DNA of 64,000 nucleotides, taken from assembly GCA_965261735.1 (NCBI GenBank), contig OZ253470.1, forward strand, positions 864,001 to 928,000, given 5' to 3'. This document shows positions 63,104-64,000 of this stretch, one piece after another (the first letter of the stretch is position 1; each line of letters starts with the position of its first letter). The position numbers and the translations under genes were made by a program. The notes under the pieces were generated by a model, which did no database searches, was not told the DNA's origin, and was given only the letters and a program-made list of their open reading frames with translations. This DNA comes from Alphaproteobacteria bacterium. GTDB taxonomy: Bacteria; Pseudomonadota; Alphaproteobacteria; SHVV01.

Positions 63104-63979
63104 ATGCATGTGGGCGTGATCTTTCCGCAGATCGAGATCGGCAGCGACCCGGCAGGCGTCCGTGATTTCGCGCAGGCCTTGGAGGACCTCGGGTACTACC
63201 ACCTGACGGCCTTCGACCACGTGCTCGGCGCCAATCCCGCGAGCTATCCCGACATCGAGTTCCGCTACACCTTTGAGGACAATTATCACGAGATTTTCGT
63301 GCTCTTCGGCTACCTCGCGGCGCTGACCAAGCGGCTCGAGCTGTGCACCGGCATTCTCGTCCTGCCGCAGCGCCAGACCGCGCTCGTCGCCAAGCAGGCG
63401 GCCGCGATCGACGTGCTCAGCGGGGGCCGGCTGCGCCTCGGCATCGGCAACGGCTGGAACCCTGTTGAGTTCACGGCGCTGGGGGCGAACTTCCACGACC
63501 GCGGCAAGCGCATCGAGGAACAGCTCGAGGTGTTGCGCGCGCTGTGGACGCAGGAGCTGGTCACGTTCGAGGGCCGCTGGCACCACATTCGCGATGCCGG
63601 GATCAATCCCCTGCCGGTCCAGCGCCCCATCCCTGTGTGGTTCGGCGGCGGGCTGAACGAGCCTGTCCTGCGCCGCATCGCCCGCCTCGGCGACGGTTGG
63701 ATTCCCGGCTTCAACTCGCCCACGGAGCCGGAGTTCATCGAGCGCATGCGCGGCTACGTGCGCGAGGCCGGGCGCGACCCGAGCGATCTCAAGATCGAGC
63801 GTCTGATCGAGATGCGCGAGGGGACACCGGAATCGTGGGCTAAGCAGATCGGGGCCTACCGCGACATGGGCGTGGATTACGTCTCGGCGGTGACGATGTA
63901 TGCGGGCTACACCTCGGCCGACAAGCAGATCAAGGCGATCGAGCGGTTCAGGGACGCGGCCGCCGACTTCATGGACTGA
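63104..63979 (+). CDS. LLM-class F420-dependent oxidoreductase
   Basis: FPQIEIGSDP, FDHVLG, ILVLPQRQTALVAKQAA, GNGWNPVEF, GINPLPVQRPIP. Confidence 0.88.
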   Translation: MHVGVIFPQIEIGSDPAGVRDFAQALEDLGYYHLTAFDHVLGANPASYPDIEFRYTFEDNYHEIFVLFGYLAALTKRLELCTGILVLPQRQTALVAKQAAAIDVLSGGRLRLGIGNGWNPVEFTALGANFHDRGKRIEEQLEVLRALWTQELVTFEGRWHHIRDAGINPLPVQRPIPVWFGGGLNEPVLRRIARLGDGWIPGFNSPTEPEFIERMRGYVREAGRDPSDLKIERLIEMREGTPESWAKQIGAYRDMGVDYVSAVTMYAGYTSADKQIKAIERFRDAAADFMD

Positions 63980-64000
63980 CGCGGGGACGGCGGCCGGGGA

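Overview
GC-rich, alphaproteobacterial-looking chromosome segment (taxon inferred from gene content) with heavy IS activity and gene decay. Intact host functions: tauE/TIGR02186-like pair, tusA, ccdA, a complete phoR-pstSCAB-phoU-phoB operon with a Pho box, GH15-otsA-glk, SRAP, CspA, an AHL-lactonase-like hydrolase and several LLM/PPOX oxidoreductases of F420-associated type. Mobile DNA: IS630 with a nested IS256, an in-frame IS630/IS5 chimera, three IS1595 copies, an IS3-type element, and a 3.2-kb IS1-family cargo element carrying a higB / higA-ImmA / unknown three-gene module. That element sits inside an ~11-kb prophage remnant with an intact cI/cro switch, Sak recombinase and holin but no head/tail module. 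The ORF track misses a UxxC peroxiredoxin-like selenoprotein with a SECIS hairpin, the opal-interrupted HigB, and a broken small-LanB/PEARL-like gene heading a TauD + PPOX operon. All family calls come from motif recognition by eye; no database searches were run.
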